From contig NC_058369.1 of the NCBI RefSeq assembly GCF_018350175.1, positions 117,738,001 to 117,802,000 of the forward strand: DNA of 64,000 bases. The letters are read 5' to 3'. Position 1 is the first letter of the stretch. Each line of letters opens with the position of its first letter. Origin of the DNA: Felis catus. Taxonomy: Eukaryota. This document shows positions 1 through 13,448 of the stretch, in pieces. The notes below the pieces were generated by a model. It made no database searches. It was given only the letters and a program-made list of their open reading frames with translations, and was not told where the DNA came from. The translations under genes were made by a program, and so were the position numbers.

Positions 1-2645
1 CTTACATCAGTTAAAGAAATTAAATCTATAATTTAAAGACTTCCTCCAAAATAAATCATATACTCAAATGGCTTCAGTTATAAATTCTTACACTAACCTT
101 TCCAGAGAATATTTTTAAAAAGGCTTTTCTCAACTTTTTGATGGAGACCATAACACTGATATTAGAACCTGACCTAAGAAAATTACTGATGCAAAACTCC
201 TAAGCAAGATATTAATGAATCATATCTAGCAATAGATTAAAAAGGTAATAAGTCATGACCAAATGGGATTTGCTCCAGGAATGCAAAGTTGATTTGACAT
301 TATAAAATAAAATAATTAATCACATTAACAGGATAAAGGAGAAAGAAATATTCTCGTCTCAAATATAGTCATATCTCAAATATACTCACAGACATAGCAT
401 TTGATAAAATTCAACAACTGTTTATGCTTTAAAAAAAAACTCTCAGCAAACTAGAAAGAGCAGAGAAAATCCTTAATCTGATAAAAGAATTTACAAAACT
501 CTACATGCAACACTCTCATATTCCTTCTATTCAGTATTATACTAGAGGTCCTACCCAGTACAGTAAGGCAAGAAAAAGAAATAAATGGTAAAAGAAATAA
601 ATGGTAAAATGATTGAAAAGGAAAAAGTAAAATATCAGTATTCATAGAAAATATGATTAAGTGTACAGAGAGAATCCAAATGAAACTTCAAACTATTACA
701 TTTATTAGGTTAATTTAGCAAGGTTGTTGGATACAAAAAACAATTGTATGTTTATGTAATACTGAAAACAATTAGAAATCAAATTTTTTAAATGACAAAT
801 ACAATAGCACTAAAAATCATAAAATACCTGGGAATAAATCTAATAAAAAAATATGCATGATCTATACACCAGAAACTACAAAGCATTGATGGTAATAATG
901 GAAGATTTCAATAGATTAAAGAATAGACCATTTTCAGAGATTAAAAGACTCAATATTGTTAGAATGTTGATCCTCCCTAATTAACTTATAAATTCAATGT
1001 GATCCCATCAAACATCTCAGCAGGATTTGTGTGGAAACTAGCAGGCTGATTCTAAAATGTACATAAAAATACAAAGGACTAGCCACGGAAATCTTAAAGA
1101 TCAAATCTGGCAGACTTCTGTCATTGGATAACAAAACTTAGAAAGCTACAGCAGTAAAAACAGTAATGGAAGCATAGGCATAGAGAAGTGGACCAATGGG
1201 GAAAAAAAATAGAGAACACAAAAATAGACCCATACATACACAGTTATCTGATCTACAATAAAAGTACCTTATAATTCAGTGAGGAATCTTTTTAATAAAT
1301 GATTAAAAAGGTCAAATGGATCTACATATAAAAAAAAATGAATTTTGAGCCCCTACCTCACACTTTATACAAGAATTAATTCAATGCATATCATAGACTT
1401 AAATGTGAAAGTCAAAGCAATTAAGCTTCTAGAAGAAAATGTAAGAGAACATTATCATAACTTTGAAGTGGGCAAAGATTTCTTAAACAGAACACAAAAA
1501 GCATTGACTTCAAAAGTTTGAAAAACTGGACTTTCTTAATATTAAGAAATTCTGTTCATTATAACCCAACATTAAAAGACTATAGACTCAGAGAAGATTA
1601 CTTATAATTCATATATCTGACAAATGACTAGTACCCAAAATATATAAAGAGTTCTTACAAATCAATAAAGAAAATGATAACCCAATGTTTTTAAAACTAA
1701 GCAAAAACCTTGAGCATTACAAAAGGATAGCCAAATGGCCAGTAAGCATATAAAAATTGCTCAACATTACTAGTCTTCAGAGAAATGCAAATTAAAACCA
1801 CAATGAGATATCGGTACAAGACCACCAACAGAACTAAAATTAAAAGCACTTACAATGCCAAGTGTTGAAGATACGGAACATTTTTGGGTATACATTAGTA
1901 GAATCTCTTTGGAAAACTGTTTAGTAGTATCTACTAGATCTAAACATATGCCTGTTCTATGACCCAACAATTCCACTCTTGGGGATATATTAACAAAGAG
2001 AAAAAGGTATATGTGTCCACTCAAAGATACATACAAGAGGGGAACCTGGTGGCTCAGTCAATGGAGGATGTGACTCTTGATCTTGGGGTTGTGGGTTCCA
2101 GCCCCACGTTGAGTATAGAGATTACTTAAAAATAAAATTTTTTAAAAAAGATATATACAAGAATATTTTTAGCACTTTAATGTGTAATAGCCACAAACTT
2201 AAAAAAAAAACAAAATAGTTAAATAAATCACTGTGTACGTATACAATGGAATATTCCACAACGAACACACACACATACACACACACACAAGAAAGCAGAG
2301 ACACACAGAAAAACAAACAAAACAATAAAGTCCGCTGTTACATTCAACAACCTGGATGATTCTCACGGATATATTGAGTGGAAAAAGTCAAACTTAAACG
2401 GGTATATGGCATTTGATCTCATTTATATGAAGTTTAAGAACAGGCAAAGCTAATATATGGTAAAGGATCCAGAACAGTGGTTACCTTTGGTGGGAATTTA
2501 TGGCGCCGGGGGCAGGGGGAGATGAGGGAACATTATGGAGTGCTAGAAATACTGTAAATCTTGATTTGAGTGGTGATTCCATATCAAAATTCACTGACTA
2601 ATCTGTCCACTTAAGATTTGTACTGTACATAAGTTGTAAAAAGTC
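1..2645 (+). mobile_element. Ancient L1 (L1M/L1ME-like): decayed ORF2 3' half plus 3' UTR
   Basis: A-rich sequence with recognisable ORF2 remnants (gcatttgataaaattcaaca, aagactcaatattgttaga, gaaatgcaaattaaaaccacaatgagata) followed by an old L1 3' UTR (gtggttacctttgg, cacttaagatttgt). Many stops and frameshifts. Confidence 0.9.
2038..2146 (+). mobile_element. Short old carnivore SINE nested in the L1
   Basis: tRNA-like head (ggtggctcagtc...gggttccagcccc) and A-rich tail. TSD aaagatacatacaag 2023-2037 / aaagatatatacaag 2147-2161. Confidence 0.9.
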
Positions 2646-4438
2646 AAAAGAATGTCTTCACCATTGGAAATCAAGGTGCTTGACATTTTCTTTCATGAAT
2701 TTGTCTCTACTATTGACTTGGTTGCATAGCCATTGCACAGAATCAAGAGGATTCTTTAAAATATACTATTTATCAAGCTTTTTATGGACTGCCTCATATG
2801 AAAATTGGCATATCAAATAGAATCTTTTTCCTTGAAATGTATACTTTGTGAACACTGCTTACATTCATTTCTGGTTTTCCACCTGGCTTTCTGTCCTGAG
2901 CTTCTGTTTCACCTTAGCAGAGGAGACCAGTTATGTGGTTATATGAATCCAAATCTCAAAGAATCCCCTTATGCAATGAAAGCACTCTTTAAACACTGCT
3001 CAGTTCCTCTATACTGGCCTAAACCTCTGTGGAAGTTTTATTCTTTGTTCTTCTTATTATTTATTCTTTTTACGAAAGGTAGCTGTGTCTCAAAATAGCA
3101 ACTTTTCTTGCAGAGTAGGAGACAGGGTAAGTATGATTGTATGTGTGCGTGCTATGAGTGTGTGCACATAAACTCATTAAGTTCTGGATATAATTATACA
3201 TTTCTCCCTAAAAAGACATTGGAAGGTAACTTTTGCTTCTCTTAGGAGCATAATGAATGTCAGAGGAATATAGCGGCATCAGTTTTGCTAAAAAGAAACA
3301 GATTTTACATGAAAACATAGATTTTATATACAACTTGACATTTGAAGACAGATACTTTTACCAATGATACGGTTTTTTAAAAAAACAGTCTGTACTGTTT
3401 GGTTTGGGGTGTCAAATATTCGACTAAAAATAGCTCAAGCAAAGTTGGAGGGTGGGGGATGACAGTAATCAGGAGGTACTGCTGTGTTCACAGAGCCAGA
3501 GAAAGACCTCAGGGATCGGAGCTGATCTGGGCATCGCAAAGGAAACCTGGGCACCAGAATTCTTTCTGCGCATCTCATGTGCCTGGGTCTATATGCCGTT
3601 GGAGCCATTCTGTCTACTGCCAAGGGGCTTCTTTTGCTAAAGGGAGCACGGTCACAGACAGCTCCGGCTTGAGGAAAGACGCCCTCACTGCCAGACCCGT
3701 GTTCTAACAGTGCAGGGAAGGCTTCCGATTCACCTGGTGGGTGACATGTGGCAATCCTGCCCCAGTCTCTATGGCCGATGGAGCAGTCATGGGGCAGACA
3801 AAAGCAGTACCTGTCCATGACAGATGAGTTCTGAACCTCAGAAAGGCTTTGCAGCCTAATCCAGCTTTAACATCTCATTTCTTCACTTCTTCAGACATCC
3901 CAGACCATGTCATCCTGTTCATTTTCTGTAAGGTGTCGGTTTTCCATTTTTCAGTCTCTGCCTGAGACCTTTCCCACAGCCTGTCAGCACCCTGAGCCAG
4001 CCCCAGACCCCGAGCTCCACCGGCACGTCTGCAGGAAAAGCTGGGGCAACCACAAAGATTGACAGGAGAAAAGACCGTGTAAAAACATTACCAATTTTGA
4101 AAATAAGTAGCTTGCACACACTTCAGATTTCTTATATCTTGATTCATTTTAACACCCATAAACAGCCCTGGCAGCTCCACGCGGGTACATTCTCACACAG
4201 GTGCTTGCTACTCCCACAGAGCATAGCAATCACTGGCTGTCAACGTTTACACGACTTCGAGAATGAGGATCCACAGGGGAGTAACCGAGGAGAGCTGTCT
4301 GGGTAAGGAATCATGGTATCCGGGAGCCACAAGTGAGGGATTCTAGCCTCACATACCCGGCTGGGTGACTCAGAGTACTGTGCTCCATCCTACTGGGTCC
4401 ATCTGTTCATCCAGTAAACTGAGGAAGTGGGACTAAAT

Positions 4439-4658
4439 CACGGGTTGGCCGCCATGACCCCCAGGCCAAATCCAGTCCACTGCTTGTTTCTATAAATAAA
4501 GTTTTATGGGATACAGCCATGCCTACCCCTTTAAGTATTTCCTCTGACTTTTGCGGTGCTACAACCACCGAGTTGAGGGATTGCGATGGAGTCTATCTGG
4601 TCTGCAAAGTCTAAAATATTTATTACCTGGTTCTTTGAAGAAAGTTTGCTAGATTCTG
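4439..4658 (+). mobile_element. MER58A-like hAT-Charlie DNA transposon, inserted at the end of a MIR-like remnant
   Basis: Matches recalled MER58A consensus (ggccaaatccagtccac...taaataaagttttat...aaaatattta...aaagtttgc). 8-bp TSD-like gactaaat 4431-4438 / atctaaat 4659-4666. Confidence 0.8.
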
Positions 4659-5344
4659 ATCTAAATAAGTCCCCACAAAACCATTTTTCCCTTTGAAAGT
4701 GTTTCCAGGGCGAGTCGTTTTTTACCTGAATTATGCAGATAGTTGCCACATCTCTGATTTTCTTTGCCGGAACTATTGCTGTTTAGCCAAGCTGCGCAGA
4801 TCTACGTCTGCACAGGCAGAGACTAGGAGGAGATGTATCAGTCAACTGCATTCAGTCAAAATAATTGTCCTCCTATTTTTCCCTCGAGCAACTGCAACTG
4901 GGATATGAAATATTCAAACCCTTGTCTCACGGCTCTCCATCCATTTCTCTTTGGTCATAGAAACAGACAAGGGTTAGGAAGATAACCATGTCTATTCAGG
5001 TCAGAGTGAAGTGAAATCGTGAACATCACTGAATTCCATGCAGTTGGCAATGGAAACAGACAAGAAATAGATCGATTTGGGCGTCTGAATTTTCTATTTG
5101 CCTGTCAAAATAACGGAACAGTCGCTGAAACGCCATTTGACTTTATATTGGGAAGTACAGCAAGAGAAGGCCAAAACTGCACTAGTAAAACACTACCCAC
5201 ATTTTTCACTTTTCCATTTTGTCAGTGCATAGAAATTTGGAAAACACCAATGTATCCTGTGAAACCTACACCTCTCAAATATTGTCTTTGTGACATCATA
5301 CTATTTGGGGGGAAAACCAGAAGAGAGTGAGCAAGGGACTCTTT

Positions 5345-5370
5345 ACACACACACACACACACACACACAC
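5345..5370. repeat. (CA)n microsatellite
   Basis: Direct inspection. Confidence 0.95.
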
Positions 5371-7169
5371 CCCTCTGACAAGAACAGAATCCAAAAGCAA
5401 TAACCAATTCCAAAATGCCAGGAAGCAGGGTTATAAATTTAACACAAACAGCTCCCTCTTCAAATTCCCAGTCCGTTTATCAAATTTTAAAAACGAAATG
5501 ACAAGTTAAGATTATTAGTCAAAATATATAAATAAATCACCTTACATATGTTATTTCCAAGGTCTGTGAATGATTTCACAGTGGTTAGTTGTAATAACTG
5601 AATACAGAGGCAACCTGGCTGGGCTCAGGAGCGGAACTGGTTCAGGTAAAGCTGGAAGCCTGCCAGTAGCCATACAGCACAATTAGCTCAGAGGGCAGAC
5701 ACAGATGCCGGGCTGCACACAGGGGCCTTTAAGAAGTCGTCTGGGGAGATTTCTCTCACACAGCGGCCCTGACGTCTTACCATCGCCTGGTCTCCCGGCC
5801 CCTACACACAATTCCATTGTTGAGAGAAAGAACTTTTTTTAGAAGTCTCCGAAAAGCAAGGATTAAGTCAACTCATCATAAATTCCTCCTGCTAGAAACC
5901 AACTCGCGGAAAACTTTTTAAAAAATATCCTTTGTCACATGCCTTGGGTTTTAACGAAATGCCAAGATCGAGGAGTCATAAATTATCTGGTGGCAAAGGA
6001 GGCCTCCCAGAGAATGAGGAATGCTGGAGTTCTGTGTTCAAGATGAATTGCTGGAAAATTCTCCATCTTAAAAATCGGTTCTGCTCTTTACCTGTTTAGA
6101 TTTACACAACATCCGATGTTAACAGCCCTTCTGTGGCTGCCAAAGGCCGAGTGTAAACAGAAAAACAGTGGGGGAGAAAGTTCTTTGAGCATGTTCCCCT
6201 CAGCTGGCCCGGATCCAGGTCTGCCAAGCAGCACCCCCTCCCCCCGCCCTCCTGGCATCATTCCGCCGCTGCTGTTAATAGTATTATTGGTGTTGGAACA
6301 AAGCCAGCTGTCTTCCTTTTCAAACCAATTTGTCCAATCGCATGGATTATTGTGTTAGGTAATCTGTCACTTCTCAAAAAGACCACTCTTGAATGCCCCT
6401 CCTATACATACTGCTCTGAGTATTTGAAGCCACCGTGATGCCACCCCAGGCCCTGCTTCTTCACCTCAGAATCAGCCACCCCCATGTGGCACCTTCTCAG
6501 CTAACCCACGAAAGCATTTAAAAATAGAGAACGACACAATTCTAACTTTCTTAGAGTATTTATGTAATACTTGGAGACATTAAGAGCAGATCTACACCCA
6601 CCGAGGGAAAAATGATCCCACAAAATGCCTAAAAATCATCGGTGACTCGATCACGTGACTGGTTCCTGTGATGAACTCGAGAAGTCAGGACTCTCCAGGC
6701 AATTTCCGCAGTTCTCTGCTTCACTTTGTCAGCACAGACTGGGGATAAGAATTTTTTTTTTCTTTTAACAAAATAAATAAATAATTGCTTAAATAAATTT
6801 TTTTTTAAATAATTTTTTCTCTTTTTTCAGGAACATTTGCAGCACGTCCTCCGTAGAAAATACGGGCTGTTTTCAAGAAGAACGGTCACTACCTGGAAGG
6901 GTGAGCCCTGGTCTCACGGTTCTCTGAGAAAGTTTCTCTCTAACTCAAGAGATGCTACCAGAGGTTGTGGTAATATTTCCTATACACTATGCATGCATCT
7001 GGTTGAAATTGCCTCTCTCTGCATGCAACAGAAACTTGACTCTACCAACTTAATCAAATGGGGTTTATTTCCCAAACATAACAAGCAGCCCTGAAGTGGC
7101 CGGTCCAGGCAAGTGTAGCAATTTCTCAACGTGAGCCAGGTGTCCGTCTCGTTCACCTCATCCTCGGGC

Positions 7170-7345
7170 TTCTTACCATGGTCCCAAGATGGTGGTCTTG
7201 AACACCTGTTGAAAACAGAAAGTCTCCTGGTCCAGACAGAAAGAAAGCATAAAGGAAGAAAGTGATGCCAGCCTACACCAGAAAAGCAAAATCTTTCCCC
7301 CAAGTCCCTGGCAGATTTTCACTACTATCTCACTGGGCAGGGTGG
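7170..7345. mobile_element. Probable old MLT1 (MaLR) LTR fragment
   Basis: catggtcccaagatgg and aaatctttccccc...cagattttc...atctcactggg resemble MLT1K/L-type LTRs; boundaries approximate. Confidence 0.45.
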
Positions 7346-8787
7346 GTGCATTGCCACCCCAAATAGGATCAGATTTCTCTCATGAAGGTGGAGGGGATGG
7401 TGGATGCTGGGAAGGTCCCCGGTGGAGTCTAACACAGAGCATTCTTAGTTACCTATCTCTACCCAAAGGAGAGGGCACACCCAGACTTCAGTGGAACAGT
7501 CTGTCTTTCCCCAAGACACTGGTAAGTACCAGAGGCATTCACTCTCCAAAAGGGACAACTTTGCCCTGAATTCCCAGGGGGTTAAATCCTGAATTATATC
7601 ATGCCTTGTGCCAAGTGGGCAACTGTGGGATCCAGGCTTGATCACTACTAATTCTGGAAGCAAGTGGCTTCAAGATTTCCCGAGACAAGATTGACCCATA
7701 AAACAGGAACCAAACACATGGTTACTAAATCACACCAACAATGACAACAACAACAACACAAACCTCTCTCTAACACTCTTCACTTTCTCATTAAAGTTAG
7801 CAGATGAGAACAATCCTGTGGAGAACAACCTTCTGGTCCAACATACTGCAAAAAGTAGTGCCTATTGAATCAATAAGGAAAGCGGGAAGGGAGAGAGGGA
7901 GGATAGAAGATATTCACTCTGTTTACAAAACAGGAAAATAAGGGGGTGATTATTCACTCCAACAAATGGGTTTCCCTCAATGATTTTTAAGAGGAGTTTC
8001 CCCAATTTATATGCCCCTTTACAGGAATGCGTCTGATTGCAAAAAATGTCCCCAGACACTTGTACTTTATAATGACTTCACACAAGATTGGCAAAATGTT
8101 AGTAACCGTTAAAGCTAGGGTATGGATGTGTGGGCATTTGAGATCATCTGTTCTCTCCTTTTGTTTTTGGTCTGAAAATTTACATAACTTTTTAAAAGAT
8201 CTGCCACTAGAAAATGGAAATAAAAGTTCTGATTTTCTCCTTAAAAAAAAAAAGTTTATTACTCCCTCTTCTAACTTAAAAGAGGAGTGTGTTGTGTAAA
8301 GAACATATCCAGGTCAACGGGGAAATACAGAACAGGACTCATTAATTCATAAAACCTATTTTCAAATGCAGCAAAAACGCTTTCTGCTGTGAAAAATGAG
8401 CACTCTTTCAAGAAAATTTAAAAGCTAAGAACATGCTACTGTGGTTAGAGGTGGCATGTGATTGCGGAAGAAGATTCTCTTCGGAAATGACGTCCCCAGA
8501 GAGCCTCTCTCCGCCTTGCAGCAGGACTATAGCACTTGAAGCTCAAAGCACATGACAAACGCTGTGCTCTTTTCTCCAACACCCCTTCTCAATAATAAGT
8601 GGAAGGAACTCCTCCTCTTCATTTTCTAGAACAAACTTTTTAGAGGAAGGCCATGGCTTACACACAGCTGACTTTTACAAACAAACCTTACATCTTACCT
8701 ATTACTGTGCACAAGTGCGTTACTCACTCTTGGCTTATTAACAAACCCAACCATTTATTAGTAATTCCAACAATTTAATACATAAAT

Positions 8788-8992
8788 GGTTTTTTAAATA
8801 TTTATTTATATGTATGCGAGGGAAAAAGCACAAGTGGGGGAAGGGCAGAGAGAGAGGGAGACAGAGGATCCGAAGCAGGCTCCAGGCTCTGAGCTGTCAG
8901 CCCGGAGTCTGATGCGGAGCACGAACCCACCAACCGCAAGATCATGACCTGAGCCGAAGTCGGACGCTTAACCGACTGAGCCACCCAGGCTC
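8788..8992 (-). mobile_element. Feline SINE (SINEC_Fc type)
   Basis: Reverse complement of CanSINE. TSD aatacataaat 8777-8787 / 8993-9003. Confidence 0.95.
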
Positions 8993-9021
8993 AATACATA
9001 AATATTTTAAAAACATTTATC

Positions 9022-9238
9022 GGGGCGCCTGGGTGGCGCAGTCGGTTAAGCGTCCGACTTCAGCCAGGTCACGATCTCGCGGTCCGTGAGTTCGAGCCCC
9101 GCGTCAGGCTCTGGGCTGATGGCTCAGAGCCTGGAGCCTGTTTCCGATTCTGTGTCTCCCTCTCTCTCTGCCCCTCCCCCATTCATGCTCTGTCTCTCTC
9201 TGTCCCAAAAATAAATAAAAAATGTTGAAAAAAAAATT
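9022..9238 (+). mobile_element. Young feline SINE (SINEC_Fc type)
   Basis: CpG-intact ggggcgcctgggtggcgcagtcggttaagcgtccgac head, (CT)n tract, A tail. TSD taaaaacatttatc 9008-9021 / 9239-9252. Confidence 0.97.
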
Positions 9239-9467
9239 TAAAAACATTTATCTATACCCAGATTATTTCCTTTCACCCTGCCATCCACACAACCATTTCT
9301 TTCTCGGTTACATCTCTATCCTTGTAGGAATTCCTGAGATGAAATCATTTCCATACTGTTTGCCCTGAGAAACCTCTTGCTCTGTAGGGGGCTACCTCCT
9401 TATCTTCCCAAACCCTCCATATGTTTCCTCAAGTTCAACTATTACTTCAGAAGCACATTAACATGTC

Positions 9468-9662
9468 TTTAATTTTATTTATTTATTTTGAGAGAGAGTG
9501 AAAGCAGAGTGGGGGCAGAGAGAGAGGGAAAGAGACACAATCCCAAGCAGGCTCCACACTGTCATCGCAGAGCCTGATGCAGGGCTCGAACTCACCAACA
9601 GATTATGACCTGAGCAGAAATCGAGAGTCGAACGCTAAACTGACTGAACCACCCAGGTGCCC
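9468..9662 (-). mobile_element. Carnivore SINE (older subfamily)
   Basis: Reverse CanSINE body ending ccacccaggtgccc. Confidence 0.9.
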
Positions 9663-9968
9663 TAAACACTTTTGTACCCATTCACTTATTCATTTGCAAT
9701 GCAAACCAAATTATGACCATTAAGCATCACCAACAGAAAGATCTCTTTCCAAAAGATGTCATGCCCCATACACAAACCATTTCTATTTTCTATTTTCAAA
9801 TAATAAATGTCAGACCAAACAACTAAAACAAATGTTTCTGTGGTGAAAACCAAGTTGGTAATATCAATTTAATTACCATCTTGGAACTGAAGTCCGAAGA
9901 TAATTTTTAACGGTTGCAATTTTTTTCCTGATGGTTCTGTTTGGAGCACTATAAAAACATTTCATTTT

Positions 9969-11348
9969 TTTATATGAAGTTTATTGTCAAATGTGTTTCC
10001 ATACAACACCGAGTGCTCATCCCAAAAGGTTCCCTCCTCAATACCCATCACTTACCCTCCCCTCTCTCCCACCCCCCATCAACCCTCAGCTTGTTCTCAG
10101 TTTTTAAGAGTCTCCCATGCTTTGGCTCTCTTCCACTCTAACCTCTTTTTTTTTTCCTTCCCCTCCCCCATGGGTTTCTGTTAAGTTTCTCAGGATCCAC
10201 ATAAGAGCAAAACCATATGGTATCTGTCCTTCTCTGCATGGCTTATTTCACTTAGCATCACACTCTCCAGTTCCATCCATTTTGCTACAAAGGGCCATAT
10301 TTCATTCTTTCTCATTGCCACGTAGTACTCCATTGTGTATATAAACCACAATTTCTTTATCCATTCATCAGTTGATGGACATTTAGGCTCTTTCCATAAT
10401 TTGGCTACTGTTGAGAGTGCTGCTATAAACATCGGGGTACAAGTGCCCCTATGCATCAGTACTCCTGTATCCCTTGGGTAAATTCCTAGTAGTGCTATTG
10501 CTGNNNNNNNNNNNNNNNNNNNNNNNNNNNNNNNNNNNNNNNNNNNNNNNNNNNNNNNNNNNNNNNNNNNNNNNNNNNNNNNNNNNNNNNNNNNNNNNNN
10601 NNNNNNNNNNNNNNNNNNNNNNNNNNNNNNNNNNNNNNNNNNNNNNNNNNNNNNNNNNNNNNNNNNNNNNNNNNNNNNNNNNNNNNNNNNNNNNNNNNNN
10701 NNNNNNNNNNNNNNNNNNNNNNNNNNNNNNNNNNNNNNNNNNNNNNNNNNNNNNNNNNNNNNNNNNNNNNNNNNNNNNNNNNNNNNNNNNNNNNNNNNNN
10801 NNNNNNTCTTCACTGGGTTATTTGTTTTTCGGGTGTGGAGTTTGGTGAGCTCTTTATAGATTTTGGATACTAGCCCTTTGTCTGATATGTCATTTGCAAA
10901 TATCTTTTCCCATTCCGTTGGTTGCCTTTTAGTTTTGTTGGTTGTTTCCTTTGCTGTGCAGAAGCTTTTTATCTTCATAAGGTCCCAGTAATTCATGTTT
11001 GCTTTTAATTCCCTTGCCTTTGGGGATGTGTTGAGTAAGAGATTGCTACGGCTGAGGTCAGAGAGGTCTTTTCCTGCTTTCTCCTCTAGGGTTTTGATGG
11101 TTTCCTGTCTCACATTCAGGTCCTTTATCCATTTTGAGTTTATTTTTGTGAATGGTGTGAGGAAGTGGTCTAGTTTCAACCTTCTGCATGTTGCTGTCCA
11201 GTTCTCCGAGCACCATTTGTTAAAGAGACTGTCTTTTTTCCATTGGATATTCTTTCCTGCTTTGTCAAAGATGAGTTGGCCATACTTCTGTGGGTCTAGT
11301 TCTGGGGTTCTATTCTATTCCATTGGTCTATGTGTCTGTTTTTGTGCC
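9969..11348 (-). mobile_element. 5'-truncated young felid L1 (ORF2 C-terminus plus 3' UTR), with N-run 10504-10806
   Basis: ORF 10190..11179 translates to L1 ORF2 C-terminal motifs ([35 protein letters not shown]). TSD ataaaaacattt 9951-9962 / 11349-11360. Confidence 0.97.
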
Positions 11349-11547
11349 ATAAAAACATTTTATTTTATAAGTATGTTCATAGTAGGCCAACATGGCATGG
11401 GCAAATGAAAATACAGTGTTAGCTTGAAAAGAGAGAACTTTTTGTACATCAACATAGCTTGCAAAGCAAAATAAGACTATGAACTACAACATTTCTATTG
11501 TGTATATTACCAAATTTGTGGTAAGAAATGTTAGATGGCTTCATTCT

Positions 11548-11660
11548 ATTTTTTTAAAGATGTTATTTTTAAGTCATCTCCACACCCAACGTGGGACTTG
11601 AACTTACAAACCTGAGATCAAGAGTCACGTGCTCTTCCAACTGAGCCAGCCAGGTGTCCC
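11548..11660 (-). mobile_element. Short old carnivore SINE
   Basis: Reverse of short CanSINE (cacccaacgtggg...gagatcaagagtcac...ctgagccagccagg). Confidence 0.88.
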
Positions 11661-11700
11661 TATTATAAACCTGTTTTAACTAGAAGACTAATGCCTACAC

Positions 11701-11763
11701 TTTTTTTTTAAAGATTTTATTTGTTTAAGTTTATTTATTTATTCTGGGGGGGGATTAGAAAGG

Positions 11764-11800
<37 letters not shown>

Positions 11801-12028
11801 CCCAAGCAGGCTCCATGCTATCAGCACAGAGCCTGATGTGGGGCTCAATCCCACAAACCGTGAGATCACGACTTGAGCCAAAATCAAGAGTCGGACGCTT
11901 CACTGACTGAGCCACCCAGACACTCCAGGATTTTTTTTTAAGTAATCTCCATACCCAACGTGTGGCTCAAACTCACAATCCCGAGGTCAAGAGTTGCACG
12001 CTCCACCTACTGAGCCAGCCAGGCGCCC
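11701..12028 (-). mobile_element. Short carnivore SINE with a second SINE (~11720-11926) nested in its tail
   Basis: The outer SINE tail (aaagatttt) and body (aagtaatctcc...caggcgcccc) are separated by a full (GA)n-containing SINE. Confidence 0.88.
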
Positions 12029-13224
12029 CAAGGTGGCTTGTTTCTGGTTAACTATTCTTGTCCGTGTATGTACGAGATGTAAATAAAATACACATGTTAA
12101 GGGCCAATTCTGCCCTTTTGAAGATAAAAGCACCAAAAAAAGAAAATGTTGGCAGTCCTCCGTATACCACCGGGGCAGTTTAATTTGTACCATACTTTGC
12201 CACATCAGCAGAAACGGGGACCCCTCCCCCGGAGCTATTTGTGACCCGTGATGCAGGCGATACTGGGAGAAGGGAAGTGAGCGAAATCTCACAAAACTGC
12301 ATAAGGTTCTGGTCGCCAGGCTGATGCAGTATTGTAAATCCATAAAGACCTGTTTCAAAAACAAATTTTCACAACTATAAAGCAGAATAGCTCTTCCAGC
12401 CATAAAAGCTTCCTCCCTCACAGTACTGCCATTTGAAATACAAATCCTCCAGGGCCCCTGGCGAAGGGTAGCCCTGTTTAAAGAATGCCTCCAGTATTAA
12501 CAGCCTTTAAAAAAAATCGTTAGATGGCCACCAAAGAGGATTCTGAAGAAAATACCCTTTGTTTTAAGAATGTCGTACTTTATTAAAAGCTTCATGGGGG
12601 AAAAAAAGAGAGATCTATAACGGCACACGTAATAGATAGAAAATGCAGAAATACCCAAGAGAAAGGCCCACACGTTGCAACATTCTTGGAAGGAGGGCTT
12701 GTCTTCAAGAGATGCTAACCAGGGTGATGCTAGTGTCTCAGATTTATTACCATCGGGGCACTCTGGCAGAAAAACAAGTGCTGGGACTTGCCTCATACCC
12801 GAATGAAAGCTCAGCGTTGTTATGTTTACAAACCAGACACGTGCGGTCTGTGCAGAGCAATGCCAAACTTGGGCCAACGTGGCGTCAACACCTATTTGAT
12901 GTGGTGAAGCAATGTTGGGCACAGCTTGGGCTCGCTGGAATGACGTGCTGAAAACTAGCAGATCATATTCCAAAGAATTTCTTTGGGAAACACTAAAGAG
13001 GATGGGTACCGAAATGCTAAGATGGAAAGATCTTACGGCAACATTTCGGGGAGGCCACACTCCATGTTTACAGGCAGTATGACCAGGCCATTGGTCCAAC
13101 CAACGATAAGCATCCCACAAACTCCAGCAGCTGTCAGACTCACAAGACTGGACAGGACTGGAGGAGATCTCATAGCCCATTTCTGGCCTCCTCAAGCAGG
13201 ATATCAGGACAGTTGGTATCGTGT

Positions 13225-13448
13225 GGGTTTTTTTGTTGTTAATTTTTAATGTTTATTTATTTTTGAGAGAGAGAGACAGAGTGCAAACAGGGGAGGTACA
13301 TAGAGAGGGGAAGACACAGAATCCGAAGCAGGGTCCAGGCTCTGAGCTGTCAGCACAGAGCCAAACGCGGGGCTTGAACTCCCAAACCATGAGATCATGA
13401 CCTGAGCCAAAGTCGGACTCTTAACCGACTGAGCCACCCAGGCGCCCC
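13225..13448 (-). mobile_element. Feline SINE
   Basis: TSD ggtatcgtgt 13215-13224 / ggtaccgtgt 13449-13458. Confidence 0.95.

Noticed and set aside
9022-9105. tRNA gene (A/B-box-like sequence)
   Set aside because: This is the tRNA-derived head of a SINE, followed by the SINE body, (CT)n and A tail. The same applies to the other copies.
10190-11179. 329-aa ORF as a functional gene
   Set aside because: It is the C-terminal part of L1 ORF2 in a 5'-truncated copy, and about a third of it is N.
12497-13195. 232-aa minus-strand ORF
   Set aside because: No recognisable domain or splice structure, and the composition looks like translated non-coding DNA. A BLASTP hit or cross-species ORF conservation would be needed.
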